59,455 nucleotides of DNA from Oligoflexales bacterium. Lineage in GTDB: Bacteria; Bdellovibrionota_B; Oligoflexia; Oligoflexales; RGVZ01. Shown here one piece after another: positions 29,877 to 39,747 of the stretch; position 1 is the first letter of the stretch, and the number at the start of each line of letters is the position of its first letter. A program made the position numbers and the translations under genes. The notes beneath the pieces were generated by a model. It was not told the DNA's origin. It did no database searches and saw nothing but the letters and a program-made list of their open reading frames with translations. The stretch is from assembly GCA_044360315.1 (NCBI GenBank), contig JBIKKO010000005.1, forward strand, positions 1 through 59,455, in the 5' to 3' direction.

Positions 29877-32800
29877 TGTGGTTCCATTCCAGCTGCTAGG
29901 GGATCTAGGTGTTCAATGATATATTTTACCACTTGGGTTTGTGGAGCTGAATCCATTGAACCACGATCAGCCGCCTGCTGCCAATACACATACAACTTAT
30001 AGTCGGGAGAAAGGCGATATGTGTTAGGACTTCGCTGAGCTTCTTTGATGATTCTATCAAGTTGTTTTTCCTTGAGGGAGCCAAATTTAATCTCGAACCA
30101 GCCAGCACTAGGGTTCATTGAAAGCTGGATAGCCCCGAGCCAAGATAATATCAGCTTCAGTCTGGCCACTCCAAACAATCTTTGGGTTTCTTCTGGTGCC
30201 GGGCCAAAACGGTCGTTCAATTCATCGGCGATGGCCGATAGCTCGTCCGACCTTTCGATGCTAAAGAGTGACTTGTAAAATTGTAATCTGATCCCTTCTT
30301 CTGGTATGTAGGATTCAGGAATAAGAGCCGTAATCGGCAGTTTGATTTCCGTATCAATTTTTGTTTTCTCCGGGATTTGGCCGCGGATTTCAGAGATGGC
30401 TTCCGCTAAAAGATCCGTATACATTTCAAGGCCAACTTCCGATGCGTGCCCCGACTGTTCTGCGCCCAATAAATTTCCCGCGCCGCGAATTTCCAAATCA
30501 TGACTGGCTATTTGGAAGCCAGCTCCTAACTCCTGATGCATAGCCAGTACATCAAGCCGCCGGCGGGACTCCTCTGTCAAGCGTTCGGGATCTTTCGTTA
30601 GAAAATAGGCGTAGGCCTGTACTGATGATCGTCCTACGCGACCGCGCATTTGGTATAACTGGGCAAGGCCAAATCGATCGGCATCCATCACAATGAGCGT
30701 ATTGACATTAGGCATATCAACACCGGATTCGATGATTGTCGTGCAGACTAAAACATCGAATTTATGCTCTATGAAGTCAATGATCGTAGTTTCCAAATCG
30801 GTTTCGCGCATCTGTCCGTGTGCAAATCTAACGTTAGCCCGTGGGACAAGACTTTTGACCCACAAGGTGGTGGCGTCGATATCTTCAACGCGATTGTGGA
30901 GAAAGAATACCTGGCCGCCGCGATCAAGCTCATGTGTAATGGAATCTCGGATCAGAGACTCATCAGCGCGAGCTACATATGTTTTAACGCTCATTCGATT
31001 CTGAGGTGGTGTTGTAATGATTGAAATATCTCTGAGTCCAAGCATTGACATGTGAAGTGTTCGAGGAATCGGTGTGGCTGTCAACGTTAAAATATCGGCG
31101 CCAGCTCTGAGGTCTTTTAGTTTTTCCTTATGCAAGACGCCAAAACGTTGCTCCTCGTCAACAATGACAAGCCCTAACCGTCTGGTTTTTACATCTTGGC
31201 TCAGTAGTCTATGAGTTCCCACTAAAACATCAACCTTACCAACCATGAGATCGTCCAAGACTTGCTTCTGCTCTTTTGAGCTTACGAACCGATTTATTTG
31301 AGCAACGCGGATACCGTGGCGGTTAAGTCGATCATGAAATGTTCGGTAGTGTTGGTAGCAAAGAATGGTTGTGGGAACTAGAACCAAAACCTGGAAACCC
31401 TCGCTTGCGACGCGAAACGTAGCCCTTAGGGCAACCTCTGTTTTTCCGAAGCCGACGTCACCGCATATAAGTCGATCCATGGCTTTTGTTGACTGTAGAT
31501 CAGTATTGACCTCCGAGATGGCTTTGACTTGGTCCTCAGTTTCCTCGTACGGGAATTCAGCCTCAAATTTGTAATAATCATCTCCAGGCGGATCGTAAGT
31601 GTGAATGTGAGCTAGGGCTCGTTGGGCCTGGATCTTTAGAAGTTTGTCCGCCATCTCTTTGACGGATTCTTTGACGCGTTGTTTCTTCTTATCCCAAGAT
31701 CCAGAACCGAGCTTGTCAAGTGACGGATGTCCAGATCCCTCGCCACCACTGCTATAGCGTTGCAGGAGATTAAGCTTGTCGACGGGTAAATAGATTTTAT
31801 CCGTACCAGCGTACTCTAGGTTTAGAAAGTCGCCAGTGATCCCGCCCACGTGAAGTGTGGTCATACCTTTGTATCGGCCAACGCCATGAAGCACATGAAC
31901 AACAAAGTCTCCGACCTTCAGATCACGAAATGAACTTAGAAAGTTTTTTAATTTCGTCGAAGCTGACTTTTGCCGTTTTTGAACAACACCAAGCAGAATA
32001 TGTTCTGGCAAGATAAGAGTTTTTGTTTGTTCCAACCAAAGCCATGAGCTGAGATGGCCAGATAAAATATGGACATTTTCATGGGCGCCGTTATAAATCG
32101 CGTCCAGTAAAGATTTTTGTTTCCTTGATGTGCGTAAATCGCGGTGACTGAATAGTGACGCCAGGCGTTCCTCTTGCTCGTGTCCAGAGGCTAGAACGCA
32201 AACTCTTCCATGGTCGAGCTGAATTAGGTTTGTAAGCGCCATAATCCAGGCGTCGAATCGAGAACTGCCGCTTAGGGCCGGAGACACGGCCTCAAAGCCT
32301 CCAAGGTTGGTGAGGCTCAGTTGCGTGTAGTCTTGTTTTATTACTGGATTGCCGAGTTCAATCACTTGGGACTGCGCTTTCGCAATCCAGTCTCTAATAG
32401 CCGTTCGTTCGGGGAAATGTTGCTCAGGCGTCACGCTGATACGCTTAGCTTCCACATCCCTTTTATGAGCTTCAATAAAGGATTTGAGCAGATCGTCGTA
32501 GGCTCCTAGGGCAGCATCTAAGCCTTTAACGAACACGAGACATGAGTCACCTGTAAGGATGTTAAAGGCTGACGTGCTTTGGGCACGCAAAACTGGCGCT
32601 AAAAGATCCCACCCCGCTGGTCGACTGCCTGTTAAAAATGCTCCCCGAAATCCATCTTTGTCAGGGGTGGGAACCTGATCTAAGCCAAGAAGAAACTCAT
32701 GTAAGCGTTGGGCGGCAGCAGATCTATCGGTATCGCTAACAAGGATCTCATTGGCTGGGCCAATGTGTGCCGTGGTCAGGGTTTCCCGACTTTTCTGATC

Positions 32801-33523
32801 GTCAATACTGAACATGCGCAGACTAGTGATCAGATCGCCACTAAACTCGATTCGAAGTGGCGCAGGTAAATTTGGAGGAAACACATCGATAATTGATCCG
32901 CGGACGCTAAACAATCCCTCTTCGTCCACCAGAGTTGAGGAGTGGTAACCTGCTTTTTCCAGATTTTTAATCAACTCATCCTGATCAGTTTCTTCATTAG
33001 TTGTGACGTTATAGGTGAAGGCATGCAGTAATTGCTGAGTTAATGTGCTCTGGAAAAGACCAGCGATCGTGGTGACGATGATGGACTTTGACGATGTCTC
33101 ATTTAACTTGAACAAAGCATTGAGCCGTTGTTTTCGACTTAACGTTGGATTAATAAATCGATCAGCACCCCACAATGACAGATGTGGCAGGTGAGATGCG
33201 GAGACGTTTACCGCTGACAGCGTACTTAAATTCAACTCTAATAGGTTGAGTATCGACGACACGTCGCGATGAGATGGGGCAATCAGGACGACTTTATTCC
33301 ATCGTGTTCCAACGACAAGGGACAAAAGCTGACCAGCCACATCCGACGCGCCAATGATCTGTAACTTAGACGGGAGGTTGTCCGGGCGTTTTAGGGTGTC
33401 TATCAATCGTTCAAGAGGCAGGGCATGGGGAAGAGACCCGTCACCAGGCGTATTGTTTAGCAATGTTGTGGATCTCCTAAGTTTCGAGTCTTTAGGTATA
33501 TCGCTATGCACCGGGGTTGGCAA
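29873..33523 (-). CDS. mfd: Transcription-repair coupling factor
   Basis: VRGSIIDVF, GDFVVH..HGVG, DRLICGDVGFGKTEVA, DEEQRFG, TATPIPRT, QMRGRVGR, DLEIRGAGN; start uncertain. Confidence 0.97.
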   Translation of the reverse strand: MPTPVHSDIPKDSKLRRSTTLLNNTPGDGSLPHALPLERLIDTLKRPDNLPSKLQIIGASDVAGQLLSLVVGTRWNKVVLIAPSHRDVSSILNLLELNLSTLSAVNVSASHLPHLSLWGADRFINPTLSRKQRLNALFKLNETSSKSIIVTTIAGLFQSTLTQQLLHAFTYNVTTNEETDQDELIKNLEKAGYHSSTLVDEEGLFSVRGSIIDVFPPNLPAPLRIEFSGDLITSLRMFSIDDQKSRETLTTAHIGPANEILVSDTDRSAAAQRLHEFLLGLDQVPTPDKDGFRGAFLTGSRPAGWDLLAPVLRAQSTSAFNILTGDSCLVFVKGLDAALGAYDDLLKSFIEAHKRDVEAKRISVTPEQHFPERTAIRDWIAKAQSQVIELGNPVIKQDYTQLSLTNLGGFEAVSPALSGSSRFDAWIMALTNLIQLDHGRVCVLASGHEQEERLASLFSHRDLRTSRKQKSLLDAIYNGAHENVHILSGHLSSWLWLEQTKTLILPEHILLGVVQKRQKSASTKLKNFLSSFRDLKVGDFVVHVLHGVGRYKGMTTLHVGGITGDFLNLEYAGTDKIYLPVDKLNLLQRYSSGGEGSGHPSLDKLGSGSWDKKKQRVKESVKEMADKLLKIQAQRALAHIHTYDPPGDDYYKFEAEFPYEETEDQVKAISEVNTDLQSTKAMDRLICGDVGFGKTEVALRATFRVASEGFQVLVLVPTTILCYQHYRTFHDRLNRHGIRVAQINRFVSSKEQKQVLDDLMVGKVDVLVGTHRLLSQDVKTRRLGLVIVDEEQRFGVLHKEKLKDLRAGADILTLTATPIPRTLHMSMLGLRDISIITTPPQNRMSVKTYVARADESLIRDSITHELDRGGQVFFLHNRVEDIDATTLWVKSLVPRANVRFAHGQMRETDLETTIIDFIEHKFDVLVCTTIIESGVDMPNVNTLIVMDADRFGLAQLYQMRGRVGRSSVQAYAYFLTKDPERLTEESRRRLDVLAMHQELGAGFQIASHDLEIRGAGNLLGAEQSGHASEVGLEMYTDLLAEAISEIRGQIPEKTKIDTEIKLPITALIPESYIPEEGIRLQFYKSLFSIERSDELSAIADELNDRFGPAPEETQRLFGVARLKLILSWLGAIQLSMNPSAGWFEIKFGSLKEKQLDRIIKEAQRSPNTYRLSPDYKLYVYWQQAADRGSMDSAPQTQVVKYIIEHLDPLAAGMEPQ

Positions 33524-33851
33524 CAGGACGGATGATCAATCTGGCTTCTGGATAGGGTTTGCTTTGATACCCCCGTCATTGTCCCTATTTTGGGCGTTCT
33601 ACGATTTGGGTTGTCTTGCTAAAGGCGTATGTCTTTTGAACCTAATGGGTTTTGTGATTCACCGCGTTTTTTAAGACGGTTGGGTTATTTGATATGACTT
33701 GGGATAGGTGATTTTCTGAAAGTTAACTTATGGTTGTCTAACCGAGGCGGCCGGTTTAAAGTTTAATGATAGACAGGCGAGGACAGCGTCTTTTTATGCT
33801 GCGGTCTTGATCCCTTAGCATTGCTGTCCCAGCATAAAAAAGGAGACCTTA

Positions 33852-34286
33852 GTGGGCCTAGTTGCTGAATCCCAATGCCCTCACTGCGAGCGAGTCGCAA
33901 GGGCCCGTGACGGATCCTTGGACCGGCTACTTTTTGAAACAGAGCATGTGATCGTGATCCCAGGTGAGCATCAGTATTTCCCCGGATATTGTGTGGTCAT
34001 TTCCAAAACGCACGTTCGGGAGATGCATCAGCTGCCTTCGGTCGACGGCGCATCAATTTTTGCAGATGTATTGCGGGTTGGTAAACTTATTAACGAGCAC
34101 TATCATCCGCTCAAAATGAATTATGCGTCCTTAGGCAATGTTGACGAGCACCTCCATTGGCATGTGATCCCACGCTATGAGACAGAGCCTAACCCTAAGG
34201 AGCATCCCTGGGCTGGCGCGCCCTTTTTTTCATCACACCCAACAACGGTTGAGGATGTAAAAAAATTGAAGTTGATATTTTCATGA
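33852..34286 (+). CDS. HIT-family hydrolase
   Basis: CxxC, NYASLGN...HLHWH histidine triad; AAGGAG RBS. Confidence 0.9.
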   Translation: MGLVAESQCPHCERVARARDGSLDRLLFETEHVIVIPGEHQYFPGYCVVISKTHVREMHQLPSVDGASIFADVLRVGKLINEHYHPLKMNYASLGNVDEHLHWHVIPRYETEPNPKEHPWAGAPFFSSHPTTVEDVKKLKLIFS

Positions 34287-34520
34287 TCAAATTCGCTTTG
34301 ATCTGTGTTAGATTGACACGTTCGGTAATGTGTTTAGTACTCGTAGTGACGTTTTACGAGGACGCCTGATGATCTATAGCACTGACGATCGATCGGCAGA
34401 CCGTTTTGCTATTATTCATGAGGGCTTGCTGGCGTGCAAGTTTGCGCTAGAGGACAGACGTCAAATTGGACTAAACGGTTTCTAAGATTGAGATCATTTC
34501 AACTAAAATTGGAGGATGAC

Positions 34521-35252
34521 ATGCGTCACTGTGTAAGATGGGTTGGGGTTTCGGTTTTGTCGATGTTGTGTTCATCAGCATTCGCCCAAGAAGAGGTGAT
34601 TGGCGATGATGGTTACAATAAGACCTATAACGATGAATCTAAGAGTTTTGGTGAGCGGATGAAGGCAGCTCGCACCCCGCCAAAAGTAAAATCGGAAAAC
34701 ACCTACGGTGGCTTCACACTCGGTGTGGTCGGTGATTTTGGTCCTATCTATGATGCCGAGCCTAAAAGTAAGTCTGGTATGGGGTTTGGCTTTGGTGTTG
34801 AGCCAGGTTACTTGATTCAATCAGAAAGCTGGAGTCGTATTGAACTTGGTGTCGAGGTTGCCTATCGGTCATTTAACTGGAAGGCCTCTCCGGAAGTTAA
34901 GGCAAGCATGACCCCAATTAGCTTTACCCCTCGCGTGGGTTTTGGTCATTCCTTGGGTGATAATTTGTTTGGAGTATTTCGCTTTGGCTTTGGTATGGCG
35001 CAAGGTCAGTTCACGGGTAAGAGTGGCGGTAAAACAAGCAAAACTGATGAGAAGCTTGGTTTTGTACTGACCGGTGGTTACGATGCCACCTACGGCGCAG
35101 ATACGACGCAGTTCTTTGGAGGACTTGGCGTGACGCATCTTCAGTGGTCGTTTAGTGAGATAAAAGTAGATAGCCAGGAGAAGCAGTCGGAAGATACAAA
35201 TTTAAATCTTAACTACATCAATCTTCGGGCTGGTATGCGTCTAAAGTTTTAA
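34521..35252 (+). CDS. Outer-membrane beta-barrel protein
   Basis: Signal peptide ending AFA, alternating beta strands, C-terminal Phe (GMRLKF); GGAGG RBS. Confidence 0.75.
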   Translation: MRHCVRWVGVSVLSMLCSSAFAQEEVIGDDGYNKTYNDESKSFGERMKAARTPPKVKSENTYGGFTLGVVGDFGPIYDAEPKSKSGMGFGFGVEPGYLIQSESWSRIELGVEVAYRSFNWKASPEVKASMTPISFTPRVGFGHSLGDNLFGVFRFGFGMAQGQFTGKSGGKTSKTDEKLGFVLTGGYDATYGADTTQFFGGLGVTHLQWSFSEIKVDSQEKQSEDTNLNLNYINLRAGMRLKF

Positions 35253-35283
35253 GACGGACTCCGGATCAGGTTTGAAAACAATG

Positions 35284-35307
35284 GGGGCAGCTCTGGTGGG
35301 CTGCCCC
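35284..35307 (-). terminator. Hairpin terminator between convergent genes, probably for top6BA
   Basis: GGGGCAGCTC-TGGT-GGGCTGCCCC stem; T-rich tail on the minus strand. Confidence 0.7.
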
Positions 35308-35313
35308 TCGTGC

Positions 35314-36483
35314 TTAGACGTAATTTCCTTTTTTGATCTTTTCAACGATGATCTTTTCTGCGATTTGAGGGTCTCGGGGGTCAACCCCATAGTAGGCCTG
35401 CTGCTCGCAACGACGTTTGTTCTTGTGTAGCCACTCTAAAATTTCCGATAGACCACGATTACGTTTATCCTTAAAGAATGGATCATTTTGTAAGGCGTCC
35501 TTAGCTTTTTTGAGTGCCCGAGCCTCGGTTGGGTCTTTTTCATTTACCGAGTAGTCGTTGAGATCGTATTTTTTGATGTCCTCAGGAAGAACGCCGAGGA
35601 ACCTAACTTCCGGCGCCGAGAAATCACTGTTTCGGATCAGTGATGATGCTGATCCGGCTTTCAGCGTACGATAAATATTTTGAATCGTGTAGGCGTCGAG
35701 GTCTCCGTAGAAAAACAGTGGAATCTTGAGTTGGTCTTGGATACGTTTCGCCCAGCCTCTAACGGCATTAGACGGTACCCCTCCTGCGCCAATGACGATC
35801 GAATTGTGACGTTTGGTGAAGCCATTTGCCACCAGTGTGTTGGCGGTCGCTTCTGATTCAATAATAATGCCAAAATCGATCTTCTTTTTAGCTTTCAAAG
35901 TCAGGTTTTGTGGCCTGTTCTTGGGTTGAAATGGAGAGGTGCCGAGCTGGCTTAAATCAATCACCGCTTGAGTGCCGTCAGACATAGTCTCTGTGACGAC
36001 TAGCTGCTGAGAGTAGGTTTGCCCACCACGGTCGTTGGCAAAACAATTGAGCTCTTCTCGATAGGCTTCAATCATCTCGCAGATAAAATCGATCACTTCA
36101 TCGGATTCATCCTGATCCGCAAAATCGAGTGGTTTTAGGTTTTGATTGTGTTTAATCTCACCCTTACTCACATAGTAAAGTTCGCGTTTGTTTGCGACGT
36201 TTCCTGATTCGAGGTTGCGCAAAAGAATCTCGAGCATGAAAATCGACCGAGACATGCGTTTCACAGAGCTTACGTTGAGCTCAGTCGTCACTTTCTTGTC
36301 CCCGGGGGTAAGGTAGCCAAGCCGATGGTCGTATAACGAGTTGTCGAGACTACATTTTGTTGCTTTTAAGACCGGTCTTTTGGCTTTTTCTAAGTCTGCG
36401 AGCATATGATCGCAAAGAGCAAGGCACTGCTTCATAATATCAGTGTTGATACGGCCTTTACGGGGTGTATGAATTGATGGCAT
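35314..36483 (-). CDS. top6A: DNA topoisomerase VI subunit A (Spo11-like)
   Basis: KRELYY catalytic-Tyr motif, QDESD, Toprim IIIESE and GDLD, C-terminal EQQA; paired with subunit B. Confidence 0.92.
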   Translation of the reverse strand: MPSIHTPRKGRINTDIMKQCLALCDHMLADLEKAKRPVLKATKCSLDNSLYDHRLGYLTPGDKKVTTELNVSSVKRMSRSIFMLEILLRNLESGNVANKRELYYVSKGEIKHNQNLKPLDFADQDESDEVIDFICEMIEAYREELNCFANDRGGQTYSQQLVVTETMSDGTQAVIDLSQLGTSPFQPKNRPQNLTLKAKKKIDFGIIIESEATANTLVANGFTKRHNSIVIGAGGVPSNAVRGWAKRIQDQLKIPLFFYGDLDAYTIQNIYRTLKAGSASSLIRNSDFSAPEVRFLGVLPEDIKKYDLNDYSVNEKDPTEARALKKAKDALQNDPFFKDKRNRGLSEILEWLHKNKRRCEQQAYYGVDPRDPQIAEKIIVEKIKKGNYV

Positions 36484-36505
36484 GGGGGCTATCCTCGTTT
36501 CTATC

Positions 36506-38512
36506 TCATTTTTTGTTAGCGGGGGCCTTGGCTGTGGATTTTTTAGCCGCAGCTTTGGACTCTGGTTTCTTATTTACGATCTTCTTTTTGGACGGAGTGT
36601 TGGCCGATTTTTTGAGTGGTTTTTCCGGGGCGAATACGGAAAGTATGTCTTCATCTTCGGATTTTGACTTTTTCTTACGTGGGCGCTCATCAGATTGATT
36701 GAGCTCATCAATGTCTGCATAATCTTTATTGACGTGATCAAGTTCGGTGTCTGACTCTAGCATCTCCATGTCTTCGCTCGTTGGTACTCTAGTTGCTTCG
36801 AGTGCGTTATCTTCGTCGCGGAAAGCCTTTAGGCGTTTTTGACGCGCCAAATTTGCCTCATCTAATGCGGTCTCGGCAGAGGCCAGCTTTGTTTGTGCTT
36901 CATCGGTGTCACGACCAAGTATTTTCTTTAAGCCTTCATAGGCAGCAGTTTTGCGTTTTTCTGGACTTTTTGTGATACGAATCAATGTATCCACGAGAAC
37001 AGGACCAAATTTTTCGATATATTGGATTTTCTCCTCGAGATCTGCAGCCTTGGTTTCACGAGATAGATGTCGCGATAGCCGTTGCCCGGCCTGCATGAGT
37101 GCGCGACGGATTTCCTCAACTAGTTCATCAGACGCGTCGATGGTTTCTTTCGACGCATTCTTGAACTTTATAAATGGTGATACGATGGAGACGGCAAGAA
37201 TATATGGTCCAGTTGGTAATGCATCTTTTGGTTGTCTCAGCCCATAGGATCGCCAATTTACTGTGGTGATGGCTTTCACGATAGCACAGGCGGCCTTATC
37301 GAATTGCAGTGGCACACGGTTAGCAAAACGAAGGACCTGAACCGGTTCATCGGCATCGATGCCAGCTCCTTGAATGCGGGCTATGGCAACTTCGACTTGA
37401 ATCGGTTTAAAGTCGCAAATGGTTGGCTTTCTTGTCGCAACTGCAAAGAAGTTAATTTCGCCAAGACGTTGCACTGACAAAGACATAGCATCTTCACCAA
37501 TGCTGACGACACTTTGGGTGCTGGGAGCCATGAGCTGCGTGGCATGAACTGCAGCGTAGATCGACTTAAGGCTTTCGTCTGTTATAGATTCAAGTCCTTT
37601 GTCTAAAAGATTGGCTGGTAGACTCTGTGCCTTCCACATGTCGGAGATCACTTTGTCAGACATTCTTGAAAAGCCAGTCTTAAGCCATGTCTGCATCTTT
37701 GTCCGGCCAAAAAGTCGCGCATGGGCCAAAAACTCACCAAGTTTCATAGTATGGGGATGGGGCTCGGTGGCGTCAGGGACGTGTGGGACTTCCTGGGTAA
37801 CCCGTTCGTAGGTGGCCGTGCCGACTTCAGGAAGGGTGTACGTTAATGTCATGTGGGGGTTAACTAACACATTCCCACGCAGGTAACTGAGTAAGCCTGC
37901 TTCGCCGTTGAGCTGGACGCGGCCTTCCATGATGAATTCAACAGACGTCCCGTGTGGGCGGTCCCAATCGATCGTTTGTCGGTCGCGGATGATCCCTTTA
38001 TTGTTTTTTAAGTCAACTTCAATGGAGCACTTAATGGCTTTGCGTTGATCCTTTGTTTTTGTAATGACGCGAACAGGGGTCGCTGTTGTTTGCAGGGCCC
38101 AAGTTGTTGCGGCAGAAATGCCGATACCCTGCTGGCCGCGGCTGCATCGACCACGACCGAACTTAGAGCTTGCCAGGTATTCGCCAAAGACCTTAGCGAT
38201 GTCATTTTCTGGGATACCCGGCCCGTTGTCATCGATCAAAATTTTTAGGCGATCGGTGGTTTTCATGGTACCAGCGCCCAGCTTTTCGATGATCACGTTG
38301 ATGTTTGGTAGGATTCCATGGTCCTCGCAGGCATCGAGACTGTTGTCCATGGCCTCTTTAACCGTGGTTAGCACAGCCTTTGTCGGTGATGAGAAGCCCA
38401 CCTGCTGAAGGTTTTTCGAGAAATATTCGGCTGTTGAGCTCGAGGTGATCTTCTTTCCTGCGCGAGGCTTGGGCGCCTCCTCAACAGGCAATTTTGCTGA
38501 CTTTTTAGTCAT
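36506..38512 (-). CDS. top6B: DNA topoisomerase VI subunit B
   Basis: AEYF.KN...GF, KEAMDNSLDAC, DNGPGI, SRGQQGIGISA, HGT, PHPH, RFANRVPL. Confidence 0.95.
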   Translation of the reverse strand: MTKKSAKLPVEEAPKPRAGKKITSSSTAEYFSKNLQQVGFSSPTKAVLTTVKEAMDNSLDACEDHGILPNINVIIEKLGAGTMKTTDRLKILIDDNGPGIPENDIAKVFGEYLASSKFGRGRCSRGQQGIGISAATTWALQTTATPVRVITKTKDQRKAIKCSIEVDLKNNKGIIRDRQTIDWDRPHGTSVEFIMEGRVQLNGEAGLLSYLRGNVLVNPHMTLTYTLPEVGTATYERVTQEVPHVPDATEPHPHTMKLGEFLAHARLFGRTKMQTWLKTGFSRMSDKVISDMWKAQSLPANLLDKGLESITDESLKSIYAAVHATQLMAPSTQSVVSIGEDAMSLSVQRLGEINFFAVATRKPTICDFKPIQVEVAIARIQGAGIDADEPVQVLRFANRVPLQFDKAACAIVKAITTVNWRSYGLRQPKDALPTGPYILAVSIVSPFIKFKNASKETIDASDELVEEIRRALMQAGQRLSRHLSRETKAADLEEKIQYIEKFGPVLVDTLIRITKSPEKRKTAAYEGLKKILGRDTDEAQTKLASAETALDEANLARQKRLKAFRDEDNALEATRVPTSEDMEMLESDTELDHVNKDYADIDELNQSDERPRKKKSKSEDEDILSVFAPEKPLKKSANTPSKKKIVNKKPESKAAAKKSTAKAPANKK

Positions 38513-38704
38513 GCTTACGCTCCAGAACGTTTGATGAACAAGTTATTCTTAGGTCTGACGCCTTCGAAGAGGACATTGAAGCAGGTAAGTTTGGAATTCG
38601 TCAACTCCCGATTGAAAATAACTTAGCAAGTTTATGGAAATTTTCGTCGTCTCGGCCTAGTATCTAAAGGTCTAACAATAATGAAAAATTTATTTGAGGT
38701 TGTC

Positions 38705-39685
38705 ATGACAGCTGCTTCGCGCCCTTGGCCCAATCGATTTACACAACATGCCGGTATCGAGCTTCCGGTCATTTGTGGGGCTATGTATCCTTGCAGTAAC
38801 CCTGAGTTGGTGGCGGCAGCAAGCGAGGCTGGAGGCATCGGCATCATCCAGCCTGTGTCTTTGGTCTATGCTCATGGCTATGACTTTCGTGCCGGCGTTC
38901 GCTACATGCAGCAGCTCACTAAGAAGCCGCTTGGGCTAAACCTTCTCGTGGAAAAAAGCGCGAAACGTTATGAAGACCGATTGAAAGCCTGGCTGGATAT
39001 TGCCATTGAAGAGGGTATTAGATTTTTTGTAACAGCCCTTGGTAATCCGTCATGGGTGATCGAGCGAGTGCGTCCTTTGGGTGGTATCGTTTATCACGAT
39101 GTAACAAATCTGAAGTGGGCTGAACGAGCTGTTGGTTATGGTGTTGATGGGTTGATTTGTGTGAACAATCGCGCAGGCGGTCACCTTGGTACCGAGTCAC
39201 CAGCGCAATTGGTAAAGGATTTGAAGCAATTTGGGTTACCACTTGTCTGTGCTGGCGGTGTGGGTAGTCATAAGGAGTTTCAAGAAATGCTCGCGCTGGG
39301 GTACGAGGGCGTGCAGCTAGGAACGCGATTTATTGCGTCGAAAGAATGTTCAGCCCACGAGGATTACAAACAGGCGATCATCAAAGCCCAGGAAAAAGAT
39401 ATAGTCGCAACAGACAAAATCAGTGGCGTTCCTGTGTCGATCATTAAAACACCTTACATCGAAAGCATTGGTACCGAAGCGGGAGCTGTTGCGAAGTGGA
39501 TGCTAAAACATCCAAATTTTAAGCATTATGCGCGGATCTTTTATACGTTAAAGAGTGTTTGGCAATTGAAGAGATCGAATGAAAAAGGTTCAGGCTATAA
39601 AGACTATTGGCAAGCTGGCAAGAGTGTAGAAACGATTGACGAGATTCTGTCCGTGCGCACGATTATGAACGAATTGGTTCAATAG
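38705..39685 (+). CDS. Nitronate monooxygenase/FabK-like flavin oxidoreductase
   Basis: PVICGAM, AGGIG, AGGH, AGGVG, GVQLGTRF, WQAG; alternative start 38681. Confidence 0.88.
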   Translation: MTAASRPWPNRFTQHAGIELPVICGAMYPCSNPELVAAASEAGGIGIIQPVSLVYAHGYDFRAGVRYMQQLTKKPLGLNLLVEKSAKRYEDRLKAWLDIAIEEGIRFFVTALGNPSWVIERVRPLGGIVYHDVTNLKWAERAVGYGVDGLICVNNRAGGHLGTESPAQLVKDLKQFGLPLVCAGGVGSHKEFQEMLALGYEGVQLGTRFIASKECSAHEDYKQAIIKAQEKDIVATDKISGVPVSIIKTPYIESIGTEAGAVAKWMLKHPNFKHYARIFYTLKSVWQLKRSNEKGSGYKDYWQAGKSVETIDEILSVRTIMNELVQ

Positions 39686-39747
39686 CAGCGATGACGCTTC
39701 GGGGATCTGGTTTCGTCATCCTCGGCGCCTTTGGCGCGTCGGGGATC

